Both the position numbers and the translations under genes were made by a program. From contig CBDBFU010000012.1 of the NCBI GenBank assembly GCA_965205025.1, positions 320,001 to 384,000 of the forward strand: DNA of 64,000 nucleotides, in the 5' to 3' direction. Shown piece by piece: positions 51,730 through 63,242 of the stretch. This DNA is from Candidatus Poribacteria bacterium (lineage in GTDB: Bacteria; Poribacteria; WGA-4E; WGA-3G). Each line of letters opens with the position of its first letter. The stretch's first letter is position 1. Under the pieces are notes generated by a model, which saw nothing but the letters and a program-made list of their open reading frames with translations, was not told the DNA's origin and made no database searches.

Positions 51730-52092
51730 ATGTCCAATCCTGTTCCTCATTTTGAAATAGGTGGAAAAGATATAGATAAGTTAATCACATTTTATAGATC
51801 TGTTTTCGATTGGAAAATCACACAACTCGTTGACGAACTATATATTGCTGACCCACAATCAAAAATTGGAATTGAGGGACATCTATTTGAAATAGGTAGG
51901 AGTGAAGACTTCGATAATATTGTACTTATATATATTACGGTTAATGATATATTCGATACACTAAAAACTGTTGAGAATCTTGGTGGTGAAATACTCATAC
52001 AACCACAAGAGATCCCTGGGAACGCAAGTCACTATGCATTATTTAAGGATATTAGTGGGAATAGTATAGGTTTATTACAACGAAGATTGTAA
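51730..52092 (+). CDS. VOC/glyoxalase family protein 3
   Basis: MSNPVPHFEI (start 51730 chosen by alignment with paralogs and a GGAG RBS), FKDISGNSIGL. Confidence 0.9.
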   Translation: MSNPVPHFEIGGKDIDKLITFYRSVFDWKITQLVDELYIADPQSKIGIEGHLFEIGRSEDFDNIVLIYITVNDIFDTLKTVENLGGEILIQPQEIPGNASHYALFKDISGNSIGLLQRRL

Positions 52093-52154
52093 GGAAATAT
52101 TGTCTATTACAGGTCATTCATCTTTCAAAAATTATAGACATAGGAGATTAGTAA

Positions 52155-52568
52155 ATGGTAAATCCTGTAACAAATTTTGAAATTGTTGGTAATGATCCAA
52201 AAATTTTACACCACTTCTATACTACAGTGTTTAAATGGAAAATAAATGAGTATGAGGAAGGATATTATTGGTTTGAAACCGGTTCAGAATCCGATAATGG
52301 AATAGAAGGACATATCTATCCACCTAACGATGAAATCCCACTGGAGGAAGGTGTTGAATTTGCCAACAATATTACAATCTATGTAACTGTAACGGATATA
52401 AGTTCAACTATGAAACAGGTACAAAGTTTAGGTGGTACAATACTCATGAAACCAGTAGTTGTTTCAGATAAAGGACAACAAATTGCCATGTTTCTTGATC
52501 CCAGTGGAAATCGGATAGGTCTATATCAAGAAGGTAACGATAATCAAAATACATTACATAATAGGTGA
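52155..52568 (+). CDS. VOC/glyoxalase family protein 4
   Basis: NPVTNFEI, YVTVTD, FLDPSGNRIGL. Confidence 0.9.
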   Translation: MVNPVTNFEIVGNDPKILHHFYTTVFKWKINEYEEGYYWFETGSESDNGIEGHIYPPNDEIPLEEGVEFANNITIYVTVTDISSTMKQVQSLGGTILMKPVVVSDKGQQIAMFLDPSGNRIGLYQEGNDNQNTLHNR

Positions 52569-52575
52569 AAATGCT

Positions 52576-52965
52576 ATGGGTAACCCAGTGTTATTTCTTG
52601 AAATTGCTGGCAAGAACAGCGAATTATTAAGTGATTTTTATCGGAACGTTTTTGATTGGACAATTTTACCAATGGGTTGGAAAACTTCATACTTTCCAAA
52701 TGATATATATGGTGTTGATCCTACACCACCACCCCTTACTGACCAAGGAATTAAAGGACATATTCTCCCTTTAGATGGTTCAGAAGAAATGAATAATCGT
52801 GTCTCAATCTTTATACAGGTAGATGATATTTTTCAAACCTTAGAACTGATAAAGAATATGGGTGGTGAAGTTTTTGTTGAACCACAAATTCTACCAGAAA
52901 ACATGGGGTCAATAGCAATGTTCATTGATCCAAGTGGGAATACAGTAGGATTATATCAAATGTAA
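52576..52965 (+). CDS. VOC/glyoxalase family protein 5
   Basis: NPVLFLEI, FIQVDD, FIDPSGNTVGL. Confidence 0.9.
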   Translation: MGNPVLFLEIAGKNSELLSDFYRNVFDWTILPMGWKTSYFPNDIYGVDPTPPPLTDQGIKGHILPLDGSEEMNNRVSIFIQVDDIFQTLELIKNMGGEVFVEPQILPENMGSIAMFIDPSGNTVGLYQM

Positions 52966-52999
52966 TCCCTTTACTGAATTCAATAGAAGGCTGTTTTGA

Positions 53000-53036
53000 A
53001 CAAACAGAGTAGTATTTAAAAGACTACTCTGTTTGT
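53000..53036. terminator. Hairpin terminator between the convergent VOC array and metH
   Basis: 14-bp stem ACAAACAGAGTAGT / ACTACTCTGTTTGT. Confidence 0.7.
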
Positions 53037-53118
53037 GATAAGGAGTTGATTGATTATCCATCTTAAGTATTGACGAAAAACAAACATATATCATTTTATT
53101 TTAGCAATTATAACAAAA

Positions 53119-56100
53119 TTATTTAAGTAATGGTTTAAACCATTTTACAACTTCTGCATGATCCATTCCTGAACGATTTGAGTAATCTGTAACTTGATCC
53201 TCACCTATTCGTGCTATACTGAAATAACGTGAATCAGGATGTGAAAAATACCATCCACTCACTGAGGCAGCAGGTGACATTGCTAAACTTTCGGTTAATT
53301 CTATCCCAGTATTTTTCGTCACTTCAAGTAAGTCAAATATTATCCGTTTCTGATTATGGTCTGGACAGGCTGGATAACCAGGAGCTGGACGAATCCCTTG
53401 ATATTTTTCTCTTATTAACCCATCATTGTCTAAACTCTCATTTTTAGCATACCCCCAAAGAGAGGTCCGGACATATTCATGCATATATTCTGCAAATGCT
53501 TCTGCAAGTCTGTCTGCTAAAGCTTTCACCATTATGCTGTTATAGTCATCATGTTTCTGTTCAAACTCATTACAGAACTCAGGAACTCCAATTCCTGTGG
53601 TAACTGCAAAGGCACCAATATAGTCATTGATGGACGTGGACTTCGGTGCAATAAAATCACCAAGACTAAGGTTAGGTCTGGAGAATGGCTGTTCTGTTTG
53701 TTGACGAAAATGATGGATTTTTGCTACTATTTCTGTTCTATTGTCATCTGCATATATTTCAGTGTCATCTCCCATACTATTGGCAGGAAATATTCCAGTA
53801 ACCCCATGGGCATGTAACCTTTCCTCTTCTACAATCTTCTGTAGAAGTTCTTTAGCGTCAGAAAAGAGTTGACGTGCCTGTTCTCCCATTTCAGGGTGTT
53901 TTAGAATCTTCGGATATTTTCCTGACAATTCCCATGTAGCAAAAAATGGTGTCCAATCAATATATCTAACCAATTTCTCTAATGAGAAATTATCCAAAAC
54001 CTTGACGCCTATTTGGTTCGGCTTAGATGGATTGTAATCTTTCCAATCAAGTTCTAATTTACGTTTAATTGCTGTAGTATAGGGCAATAATTTTGATTTC
54101 TTTTGGTTCTTTGATCTACGTTTACGTACTTCAGCATACTCATCACGAGTCTTATTGATAAAAGTCTCTTGATTTTCACAGCTCAATAGTTGACTTACAA
54201 CACCAACACTTTTTGATGCATCAATGACATGGATTGTTGCCCCACTATAATTTGGTTCAATTTGTACTGCTGTATGTATTTTCGAGGTAGTAGCACCGCC
54301 AATTAATAGAGGTATATTGAAACCTTGGCGTTCCCATCTCAGATGCAACATATACCATTTCATCTAAAGATGGTGTAATTAGGCCACTCAATCCAATTAT
54401 ATCTGCATTTTCCTTCCTCGCAGTTTCCAATATATCTTCTGCTAATACTTTAACACCTAAATCTATAATATCGTAATTATTACAACCCAGTACGACACCC
54501 ACGATATTCTTTCCAATATCATGCACATCCCCTTTTACTGTAGCCATTACAATTTTGCCCCTGGATGTCAGACCACCTTCAGATTGCTCCTTTTCTATAT
54601 ATGGAATAAGATTTGATACCGCTCTTTTCATCACACGAGCACTTTTGACAACTTGAGGTAAGAACATTTTCCCATCCCCAAACAATTCACCTACTCGATC
54701 CATTCCATCCATTAATGGACCTTCTATAACCTGAATTGGACGATCATACTTAAGCCGTGCTTCCTCTGTGTCAGATTCTATATATTCTATCGTTCCCTCC
54801 ACTAAGGCATAACTTAGGCGTTCTTCAACTGACAACTTCCGCCACTGTTTATTATTTTTCTTTTTCTTCCCTTTTCGTTGTAATGTTTCAGCCAGAGTCA
54901 CCAATCTATCAGTGCCGTCGGTACGACGATTAAATAAGACATCCTCTATAGCTACCAATAACTCTTTTGGAATATCATCATATACCGTCAGTTGTCCTGC
55001 ATTTACAATCCCCATATCCATTCCTGCATTAATTGCATGATATAGAAAAGCAGCATGCATTGCTTCACGTACAGTATAGTTCCGACCAAATGAAAAGGAT
55101 AAATTACTTACACCACCACTTACCAGAGCATATGGACATGTTTTTTTAATTTCTTCACATGCCTGAATAAATGCAAGAGCATATTCATTATGTTCTTCAA
55201 TACCTGTCGCAATAGTTAATATATTTGGATCAAAAATTATATCTTCTGGAGGAAAATCAACCTTATCTACCAATAAATAATATGCCCTTTGACAGATATC
55301 CACTTTCCTTTCAAAAGAATCTGCTTGTCCAGTTTCATCAAATGCCATCACAATTACTGCAGCACCGTGTTTTCTCACAAGTTTTGCTTGCGTTATGAAC
55401 TCTTCCTCACCATCTTTTAAACTGATAGAATTGACAACACCTTTCCCTTGAATACATTCTAATCCTGCTTCAATCACTTCCCATTTACTGGAATCCAATA
55501 CTATTGGAACTTTACTTATATCAGGTTCAGAAGCGATTTAGATTTAGGAATTTCACCATTGCTGCCTTGGAGTCTAACATTCCGGCATCCATATTGATAT
55601 CTATGAGCTGTGCACCGTTTTCTACTTGATCTCGTGCTACTTCAAGTGCTGACTCGTAATCTTCATTTTCTATAAATGATGCAAATTTTCTTGAACCTGT
55701 GAAGTTTGTCCGTTCACCTATATTTACAAAAAGAGAATCTGGAGTAATATTAAAAGATTCTAATCCACTTAATCTACATGATTGGTCTCTATCAGCAGGT
55801 TGTCTGGGTGGGTATTCTGCTGCGACGCTTGCAATTCTGTGAATATGTTCAGGTTGACTACCACAACATCCGCCAACAATATTCACGAACCCATTCTGAG
55901 CAAAATCATGCATCCATTTCGCCATTTCATCAGGTGATTGGGTGTAATCGCCAAGTTCATTTGGTAGTCCAGCATTTGGATAGCAGATAGTAGGAATATC
56001 TGCCAGCTTAGACATTTCAGCTATGAAAGGTCTAATTTGTTCTGAACCAAATCCACAATTTAACCCTATTGCAAGTAGGTCTGCATGTCGTACTGAATTC

Positions 56101-56795
56101 CAGAATGCCTCAACCGTTTGTCCTGATAGGTTTCTCCCACTACCACCACTTCTATCTGATGATACAATAATTGGTATATCAATATTCATATCTTCAGCAA
56201 GAGTCTGAATTGCAAACAAGGCAGCCTTGCAGTTAAGTGTATCCATTACGGTCTCAACTAATAGAAAATCTACACCTCCATCAATCAATCCCTTTGCTTG
56301 AATAGTGTATGCAGAAACCAAGTCTGAAAAAGTAATGTTTCGAAATCCAGGGTCATTCACGTTTGGTGAAATGCAACAACTACGATTTGTTGGTCCCATA
56401 CTCCCCGCAACAAAACGAGGCTTTTTCTCTGTTGAGAATTGATCTGCAACATCCCGTGCAATTTTTGCTGCAGCAGAGTTTACTTCATAAGAATAGTCTT
56501 CCAATTGGTAATCTAACATTGAAACAGTTGTACTTGTAAAAGTATTAGTTGCAATGATATCTGCACCTGCCTCACAATAATTCGTATGTATTTCTCGAAC
56601 AATGTTGGGTTGGGTAATCGATAATAGGTCATTATAACCTTTTACATCAGATGGATGGTCAGAAAACTGGTCCCCCCGAAAATCCTCTTCTGTCAGTTGG
56701 TATGTCTGCAATAGAGATCCCATTGCTCCATCCAGGACAAGAATCCGCTGATTTAATTCAATTGAAAGGTGTTTTATTCGTTCTGGGTTAGTCAT
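53119..56795 (-). CDS. metH: Cobalamin-dependent methionine synthase; two +1 frameshifts (about 55538 and 54334)
   Basis: Three consecutive ORFs give the Hcy domain (LDGAMG, GLNC, GGCCG), pterin domain ([15 protein letters not shown]), B12 domain ([11 protein letters not shown]) and activation domain ([14 protein letters not shown]). Removing one base at each junction restores LNLIASEPDI and EMERQGF. Confidence 0.95.
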
Positions 56796-56841
56796 TGTAA
56801 ATCCAATATTTTATATTCATTCGGGTGATATCAACCTATAT

Positions 56842-56870
56842 ATTATACTATTGTAAGAAGGGTTTGTCCA
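56842..56870 (-). promoter_or_regulatory. Sigma70-like promoter for metH
   Basis: Minus strand TGGACA-17 bp-TATAAT, 47 bp upstream of the start. Confidence 0.5.
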
Positions 56871-56981
56871 TCTCATATCAAATTATTGTTTTCAGTTTTT
56901 ACTGATACAATGATGTTCCTATTTTAATATAGTTTATGATAGAATAACTCAAATATCACATTCTAAGGAATTTAAGCTGTA

Positions 56982-57434
56982 ATGTCATTTGTTGATGATA
57001 CAATCATAGAAATAGATAGTCCACCGAATTTAATTACATACAAATTCGCTATTCAGTTTGATGTTCTACCTGAGATTACATATCTTAATCAGTCTATTCC
57101 GATTTTAATTGCAGATCTATTACCAATAATAGATGGTTTCCCAATTGACGTATGGATCTCACAAGAATCCGTAGATGAAGGATTGGATTTCTGTAGAGTT
57201 GTCTTCTGGGTATTTTCTGAATCTACAGATGCAATGAAGAGTTTTACAATCTGGTTTCAAGCTATATTTCGTGATGAGAAAGTATCTGGATTCCTTGAAC
57301 GTATAATATCGTGTGCCTTAGAGGATCCAGATAAAATTGCTATCAACCTATCGGATTGGACCCGCATATATACATCAAGTGCCGATAATCAAGCTGCTAT
57401 TGATGTAGAAGAATCAAGAATGGAACATCCTTAA
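56982..57434 (+). CDS. Hypothetical protein
   Basis: 150-aa ORF with an AAGGA RBS-like motif; no recognised family. Confidence 0.6.
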   Translation: MSFVDDTIIEIDSPPNLITYKFAIQFDVLPEITYLNQSIPILIADLLPIIDGFPIDVWISQESVDEGLDFCRVVFWVFSESTDAMKSFTIWFQAIFRDEKVSGFLERIISCALEDPDKIAINLSDWTRIYTSSADNQAAIDVEESRMEHP

Positions 57435-58040
57435 CTTATTGATATGGGAAATATCAGAAAAGGCTTGAAAGAACTTGGTAGGTCGTAAATAAGAAGTTAT
57501 ATCTTATCTGATTTTGTAGATCATATTAGTTTTTAAGTCAGATACTTGGTGTTAACTAACACCATTTTATCCTCAGTCCCCTCGATTACAAGCGTGTATG
57601 ACAGACGGATAGTCTTCCTGTCTGGGGTATGGATTCCCTCTTTGAAAGTACATCCGTGATTTTAATGCCTTTTGGTTTCTTTCTTTTATCTTTTCTTTTA
57701 TTTTTTATCATGAATCTATCTAACATAATAAAGATCACAGTCAAACTGAATTTACTATATAATATCTATTAAGTCCTTAATATAGCATACTTTCAGGTTC
57801 TGATAAATTAAAATCATAATAATCCCAATATTTCAATCTATTTCTTACATGATAATTACTCTGGATTATCGTTGGAGTATTATACAGAAATATACGGGAA
57901 TGTATCACCATAATTACTTTAGGAGTGTCAACTTAATTCTCGTTCTATTAGTCTGTTAGAATGGTCATTTTGGGATGTAAGACTCAATATCAGTCTATAT
58001 TTTAACAACATCTATCAATCTATATATTATATAAAATGCT

Positions 58041-58069
58041 TTGACACTACAAACCTGTTATGTTATACT
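58041..58069 (+). promoter_or_regulatory. Sigma70 promoter of the lolA-pgsA-thpR-recA run
   Basis: TTGACA-17 bp-TATACT with an extended TG. Confidence 0.7.
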
Positions 58070-58106
58070 TTATCAAATGTAAATTATCAATAATAGGAGT
58101 GTTATT

Positions 58107-58826
58107 GTGATTCGTCTGTATTTGAATTTCTCTTATAATACTGTCATTTTTATTCCTTATACCTAATGGTTATTCTTTTACAGTTGAGGAGATATTTACG
58201 AATTTTCAATCCGCATATAAGAATTCTGAGAATTTCTCTGCTACCTTTGAAGAAACCACATTATACAGAAATAGAAAGAGTGTTACAATCGGACGTTTTA
58301 TTTTTGCTAAACCTAATTTACTTCGAAAAGAGTATGTATCAAAGAATGACGATAAGAAAATTACTAAGACCATAGTCATTGATGGATTATATGCTTGGTC
58401 TCATGTCCCATTACTCAATCAAGTTAATAAGATGCGATGGAATGATCCAAGCAGACGTGAACTCCTACCTGGTGCGGGTGCATCTCTTGAGGATATATCG
58501 AAAAACTATACAATGAAATTAATTCCTGATAAAGATGTGAACCCAATTGGTATCTATCTAATTCAACTCATTCCAAACAGGATAATAACAGGAGAAAATG
58601 ATAATATACAGCAGGATTCTTCAAATAGAGAAATAATTGAAATATGGCTTAAAAAAAGACGATTGGTTACCAGTACAATTCGGTTATATCAATGAATTTG
58701 AGGATGGCAGTCGTCGTAGTGTTATTTTCAAAATGACTAAAAATAGAACGGGATAAGAAATTACCCCCAAATATCTTTAAGTTTGAAACCCCAAAAAATG
58801 TAGAGGTAATCGACCTTTCAAATTAA
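58107..58826 (+). CDS. lolA: LolA-family outer-membrane lipoprotein carrier; three +1 frameshifts
   Basis: Not whole in the ORF track. AGGAG then GTG at 58107; the corrected reading gives a signal peptide, FSATFEE, GRFIFAKPNLLRKEY, IVIDG..AW...PLLNQV and FKFETPKNVEVID*. Extra A at about 58125, 58655 and 58741. Confidence 0.75.
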
Positions 58827-58833
58827 TAGGTTT

Positions 58834-59434
58834 ATGAATTTTCGCTCATCTTTTCCATTGGCAAATATACTTACTTTTTCACGATTAATACTTACTATTC
58901 CATTCATTTATTTTTTTCATGTAAAAATGATATTACTTGCTGGTATCATTTTTGGTCTTGCTTCTTTTACCGATTATCTTGATGGTATAGTAGCAAGAAA
59001 GCAAGGAGTTACAAGTTTTGGAAGTTTCATGGATTCCGTGGTTGATAAGATTCTTATTGGTGCAGCTTTAATTTGTTTATACCTTTATCAACATGAATAT
59101 TTACTTGAAAATGGAAACTCTAATTCCTATCTGGATGGTAATTGTCATACTTGGACGAGAAGTTTTAATAACTTTATTTAGAACAATCGTTGTTGCTAAA
59201 CATGGAGAGGTAATTTCTGCTAATCGATGGGGAAAATATAAAACAACTTCACAAGTCATCGTAATTTCTATAAGTTTAGTTTTATTATGGCTTATATCTG
59301 AATCTCAATTTGTAATACAACCGTATGGTCCAATATTCTTTCTAATGTTGATCCCATTGTTTTTAACTGTCGCATCTGGATTAGAGATTATTATAGGTAA
59401 TAGTAGTTCCATAATAACCAAACAAAGTGAATAG
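58834..59434 (+). CDS. pgsA: CDP-diacylglycerol--glycerol-3-phosphate phosphatidyltransferase; +1 frameshift at about 59110
   Basis: NILTFSR, TDYLDGIVAR...TSFGSFMDSVVDK, then in the next frame ILGRE and WGKYKTTSQ. Confidence 0.9.
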
Positions 59435-59440
59435 TCTCTT

Positions 59441-60025
59441 TTGGAGCTAAATGTGGGTAATTCTGATTCTATAAGGTGTTTTGTAGCAATAGAAATTCCT
59501 ATGAAGATACAGAACTTAATATTGGAAATTCAGGGAAGATTACACAATAAGTTACCTAAAGCCACGTGGACAAAACCTGGAAATCATCATCTGACATTAA
59601 AGTTCTTAGGAAATGTAAAACAGCATCAAATTACAAGAATCAAAGATGTCTTAAGCGTAGTCGCCTCAAAGAGTGAACAATTCAAAACAGAAATTGGAGG
59701 ATTAGGAGTATTTCCAAATTGGGAACGTCCACGAGTACTATGGATTGGTCTTAAACAAGGAAACCAAAAAATTAGGACATTGTCTGCATCTATTAATAAG
59801 GGTATGGAAGTTTTACACTATCCAATTGATACACGTTTCCATCCTCATTTTACACTCGCGAGATTCAAGAAACAGGTGAATATTCAAAATAGTTCAGATT
59901 CATTCTCCCAATATGAAACTCTTGCAAATTCAGATTTTTTAATTAATGAATTTACTCTGGTAAAAAGCGAATTACACCCTAATGGTGCAGTCTATACACC
60001 AATCAATACTTTTAAATTGTATTAG
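59441..60025 (+). CDS. thpR: RNA 2',3'-cyclic phosphodiesterase (2H family)
   Basis: RCFVAIE, HLTLKFLG, PRVLWIG, PHFTLAR, SEL.PNGAVY. Confidence 0.93.
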   Translation: MELNVGNSDSIRCFVAIEIPMKIQNLILEIQGRLHNKLPKATWTKPGNHHLTLKFLGNVKQHQITRIKDVLSVVASKSEQFKTEIGGLGVFPNWERPRVLWIGLKQGNQKIRTLSASINKGMEVLHYPIDTRFHPHFTLARFKKQVNIQNSSDSFSQYETLANSDFLINEFTLVKSELHPNGAVYTPINTFKLY

Positions 60026-60038
60026 GAGATAACCAATT

Positions 60039-61179
60039 ATGGCAAAAGATGATATAAAGAAAAATGAAAAAGATACTGAAGAGGAAAAAAACGATAAAGA
60101 GAAAAAGAAAGCTGTTGATGATGCAATTTCTCAGGTAGAACGCGCCTATGGTAAAGGTTCAATTATGCGTTTTACTGACAATGAAGTCGTTCCAGTAGAG
60201 GTGATACCAACAGGTGCACTTTCACTTGATATAGCATTAGGTGTTGGGGGTGTGCCAAGAGGGAGAATCATTGAAGTCTTTGGACATGAAGGTACAGGTA
60301 AAACAACATTAGCCCTTCACATTGTGTCAGAAGCACAAAAAATGGGTGGAATTGCAGCTTTTGATAGATGTTGAACACGCATTAGATACGAGTTATGCAC
60401 GTAATATTGGTGTAAATCTTGAGAATTTACTTATATCACAACCAGATGCCGGTGAACAAGCACTTGAAATTGTAGAAACACTTATACGAAGTGGTGCAAT
60501 TGATGTAGTCGTGGTTGATTCTGTGGCTGCATTAACTCCTCAGGCGGAAGTTGAAGGGGAAATGGGGGATGCCCATGTCGGATTACTTCCAAGATTAATG
60601 TCTAAAGCATTAAGAAAACTGTCAGGTGTTACAAATAAATCAAAAACATGTGTGATTTTCACCAATCAGATACGTCAAAAAATCGGTTTAATGTTTGGCA
60701 ATCCTGACACTACACCAGGGGGTCTGGCACTCAAGTTTCATGCATCCGTAAGATTAGAAATACGTCGTGCTCAACAAATAAAAGAAGGTACAGATGTACT
60801 GGGGAATAGAGTTCTTACTAAAGTGGTGAAAAACAAAGTGGCTCCGCCATTTAAAGAAGCTGAATTTGATGTCACATTTGGAAAAGGCATCTCCAAAGAA
60901 GGGAATTTATTAGATATTGCAGTGGAAGCTGGGATGGTAGAAAAAAGAGGTTCTTGGTTTTCATATAATAATGAACGGATTGGGCAAGGTAGAAATAGTG
61001 CAAAGACATACCTTGAAGAGAATCCAGAGATAACTGCTGAACTTGATCAGAAAATTAGAGAAAACCTTACATCTATCTCAACAGATTCTGGTATTGGTAA
61101 AATTCCTGGAATTGAATCCGTAGATGAGATTGCAACAGAATTTGAAGATTCTAATGATAACGACGATGAAGATAATTAG
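60039..61179 (+). CDS. recA: Recombinase RecA; +1 frameshift at 60363
   Basis: [26 protein letters not shown], then [36 protein letters not shown]. Removing the extra G restores AAFIDVEH. Confidence 0.96.
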
Positions 61180-61266
61180 AAGATTCTATGAAATGTCCTG
61201 GTAAACCCAAAATATAGATTTCAGTATTATTCATAGATTAAGTTCTATAACATTTCTTGATTTTTC

Positions 61267-61295
61267 TTGATGTAATTCACTTTCAGTGATATACT
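61267..61295 (+). promoter_or_regulatory. Sigma70-like promoter for arc
   Basis: TTGATG-17 bp-TATACT with an extended TG. Confidence 0.5.
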
Positions 61296-61371
61296 ATTCA
61301 CACATTGGACTATACGATAAAAACTATTCTTCATTAAAATTACTTTCAATGTAAAGTGAGTAAACCTTCCT

Positions 61372-63168
61372 ATGGCAAGCAAAACAGAGACCACATTTGA
61401 ATTTCCAAAAGAGCAAGACGTTGAGGATACATCACCCGTAAACGATGATAAGCCTCAAAATGCCGGTGAACTTAATTGGCAGATTGAAATGTTACAGAAT
61501 GAAGTGTCTGATCTTAGGCGCCAACTTCGATCATCTCCAGATGAGGATGTGGATGCACGTTTGTATGATATGACACGGGAACTGATGCAAGCACACCGTC
61601 GTAATCGTAAACTTACCACTACTCTACAAGAAGCAAAAGAAAAGCTTGAATTACTCAAAGAGAAGGTAAAACAGTTAAGTGAACCCCCCAATAATTATGG
61701 TATATTCTTAACTGCAAATGATGATAATACTGCTGATATAGATATTGGTGGAAAAAAGTGGCGTGTTAACCTTGATCCAACTATCAAGGTAGAAGAATTA
61801 CACTCTGGACAAGAAGTTATAGTTAATAGTAGCTTAAATGTAGTAGCTATTAAGACACCTGAAAAACATGGTGATATTGTAAAAATCAAAGAAGTGTTGG
61901 AATCTGATAGAGCAATTGTAAGTCTGAGAACAGATGAAGAACAAGTTGTACGCATGTCCGCCGCGCTGAAAGATGAACCATTGAAAACTGGGGATAGTGT
62001 ATTATTAAATCATTCGAGTGGGATGCTTCTTGAAAAGTTACCACAAAGAGAACTTAAGGACTTACTACTTGAGGAAGTCCCAGATATTAGTTACACCGAT
62101 ATTGGTGGATTAGACACACAGATAGAGGCAATACGTGATGCCATAGAGATGCCGTATTTATATCCAGATGAATATAAGGAATTTGATCTTACACCACCCA
62201 AGGGTGTGTTACTTTATGGTCCACCAGGATGTGGAAAAACATTAATAGCACGAGCAGTGGCAAATAGTCTCGCAGAACGGATTCGACAACAATCTAATAG
62301 AGATGATATAAAAGGATATTTCATCAATATCAAGGGTCCAGAACTATTGAATAAATATGTTGGTGAAACAGAAAGAAAAATACGAGAGGTTTTTGAAAAA
62401 GCACGTGAAAAATCCAGAGAAGGTTTTCCTGTTGTTATCTTCTTTGATGAAATGGATTCTCTATTTCGGTCGCGGGGAATGGGTATTTCATCAGATATGG
62501 AATCAACACTTGTACCTCAATTCCTTGCAGAAATAGATGGAGTTGACAACCTAAGAGATGTTATTGTAATAGGAGCAAGTAATCGTCAGGATCTTCTTGA
62601 TCCTGCTGTTCTCAGGCCAGGAAGACTTGATATAAAAATCAAAATTGATCGACCAAATCCAGATGGGGCAAAAGATATTTTCAGAATCTATTTAACACCT
62701 GAATTACCATTTGCAAATGTTGAATTAGACAAATTTGATGGTGATCTACATAAGGTTGCTGACAACCTAATCAATCAAGCTGTTGATGAGATGTATGCAA
62801 CCACTGAAGATAACAGATTCATTGAAGTTACATACACACGAGGAGAAAGAGAAACACTCTTCTTTAAAGATTTTGTTAGTGGTGCAATGATTAAGAATAT
62901 AGTCTCACGTGCCAAGAAATCTGCAATTAAGCGTCTAATTAGTTCTGAAGGGAAAGAAAAAGGATTGACACTTGAGGACTTGAAGTCTGCTATACGTGAA
63001 GAGTATCGTGAGAATGAAGATCTGCCAAATACAACCAATCCTGATGACTGGGCAAAGATATCTGGAAGAAAGGGTGAAAAAATTGTCAATATTCGCGCTC
63101 TTATTAATGAACCAGAATCACGTAAGAAGCCTGATGTAAGAGTGAGTAAAGGTGGAACATACCTATAG
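61372..63168 (+). CDS. arc: Proteasome-associated AAA+ ATPase ARC/Mpa
   Basis: N-terminal coiled coil ending LSEPP, OB region, LEEVPDISY.DIGGL, GPPGCGKT, IKGPELLNKYVGETE, FFDEMDS, LRPGRLD, ENEDLPNTTNPDDWAKISG; C-terminal GTYL. Confidence 0.93.
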   Translation: MASKTETTFEFPKEQDVEDTSPVNDDKPQNAGELNWQIEMLQNEVSDLRRQLRSSPDEDVDARLYDMTRELMQAHRRNRKLTTTLQEAKEKLELLKEKVKQLSEPPNNYGIFLTANDDNTADIDIGGKKWRVNLDPTIKVEELHSGQEVIVNSSLNVVAIKTPEKHGDIVKIKEVLESDRAIVSLRTDEEQVVRMSAALKDEPLKTGDSVLLNHSSGMLLEKLPQRELKDLLLEEVPDISYTDIGGLDTQIEAIRDAIEMPYLYPDEYKEFDLTPPKGVLLYGPPGCGKTLIARAVANSLAERIRQQSNRDDIKGYFINIKGPELLNKYVGETERKIREVFEKAREKSREGFPVVIFFDEMDSLFRSRGMGISSDMESTLVPQFLAEIDGVDNLRDVIVIGASNRQDLLDPAVLRPGRLDIKIKIDRPNPDGAKDIFRIYLTPELPFANVELDKFDGDLHKVADNLINQAVDEMYATTEDNRFIEVTYTRGERETLFFKDFVSGAMIKNIVSRAKKSAIKRLISSEGKEKGLTLEDLKSAIREEYRENEDLPNTTNPDDWAKISGRKGEKIVNIRALINEPESRKKPDVRVSKGGTYL

Positions 63169-63242
63169 CATTAGTTCATCCAGAATCTCATGGTGAAGAT
63201 GAAGAACCGCATGAACATAGCGGTCCATAGGAGGATGATTCT

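Noticed and set aside
56796-56981. Cobalamin or SAM riboswitch upstream of metH (also checked upstream of the corrinoid gene)
   Set aside because: Leaders are short and AT-rich, with no B12-box or S-box consensus seen.
57586-57711. 41-aa Lys-rich minus-strand ORF (MIKNKRKDKRKKPKG...)
   Set aside because: Short, low complexity, no clear RBS and no recognisable family.
53119-61179. metH, lolA, pgsA and recA as true pseudogenes or programmed frameshifts
   Set aside because: All lesions are single-base insertions with otherwise intact sequence and no shared slippery motif; sequencing error is more likely.
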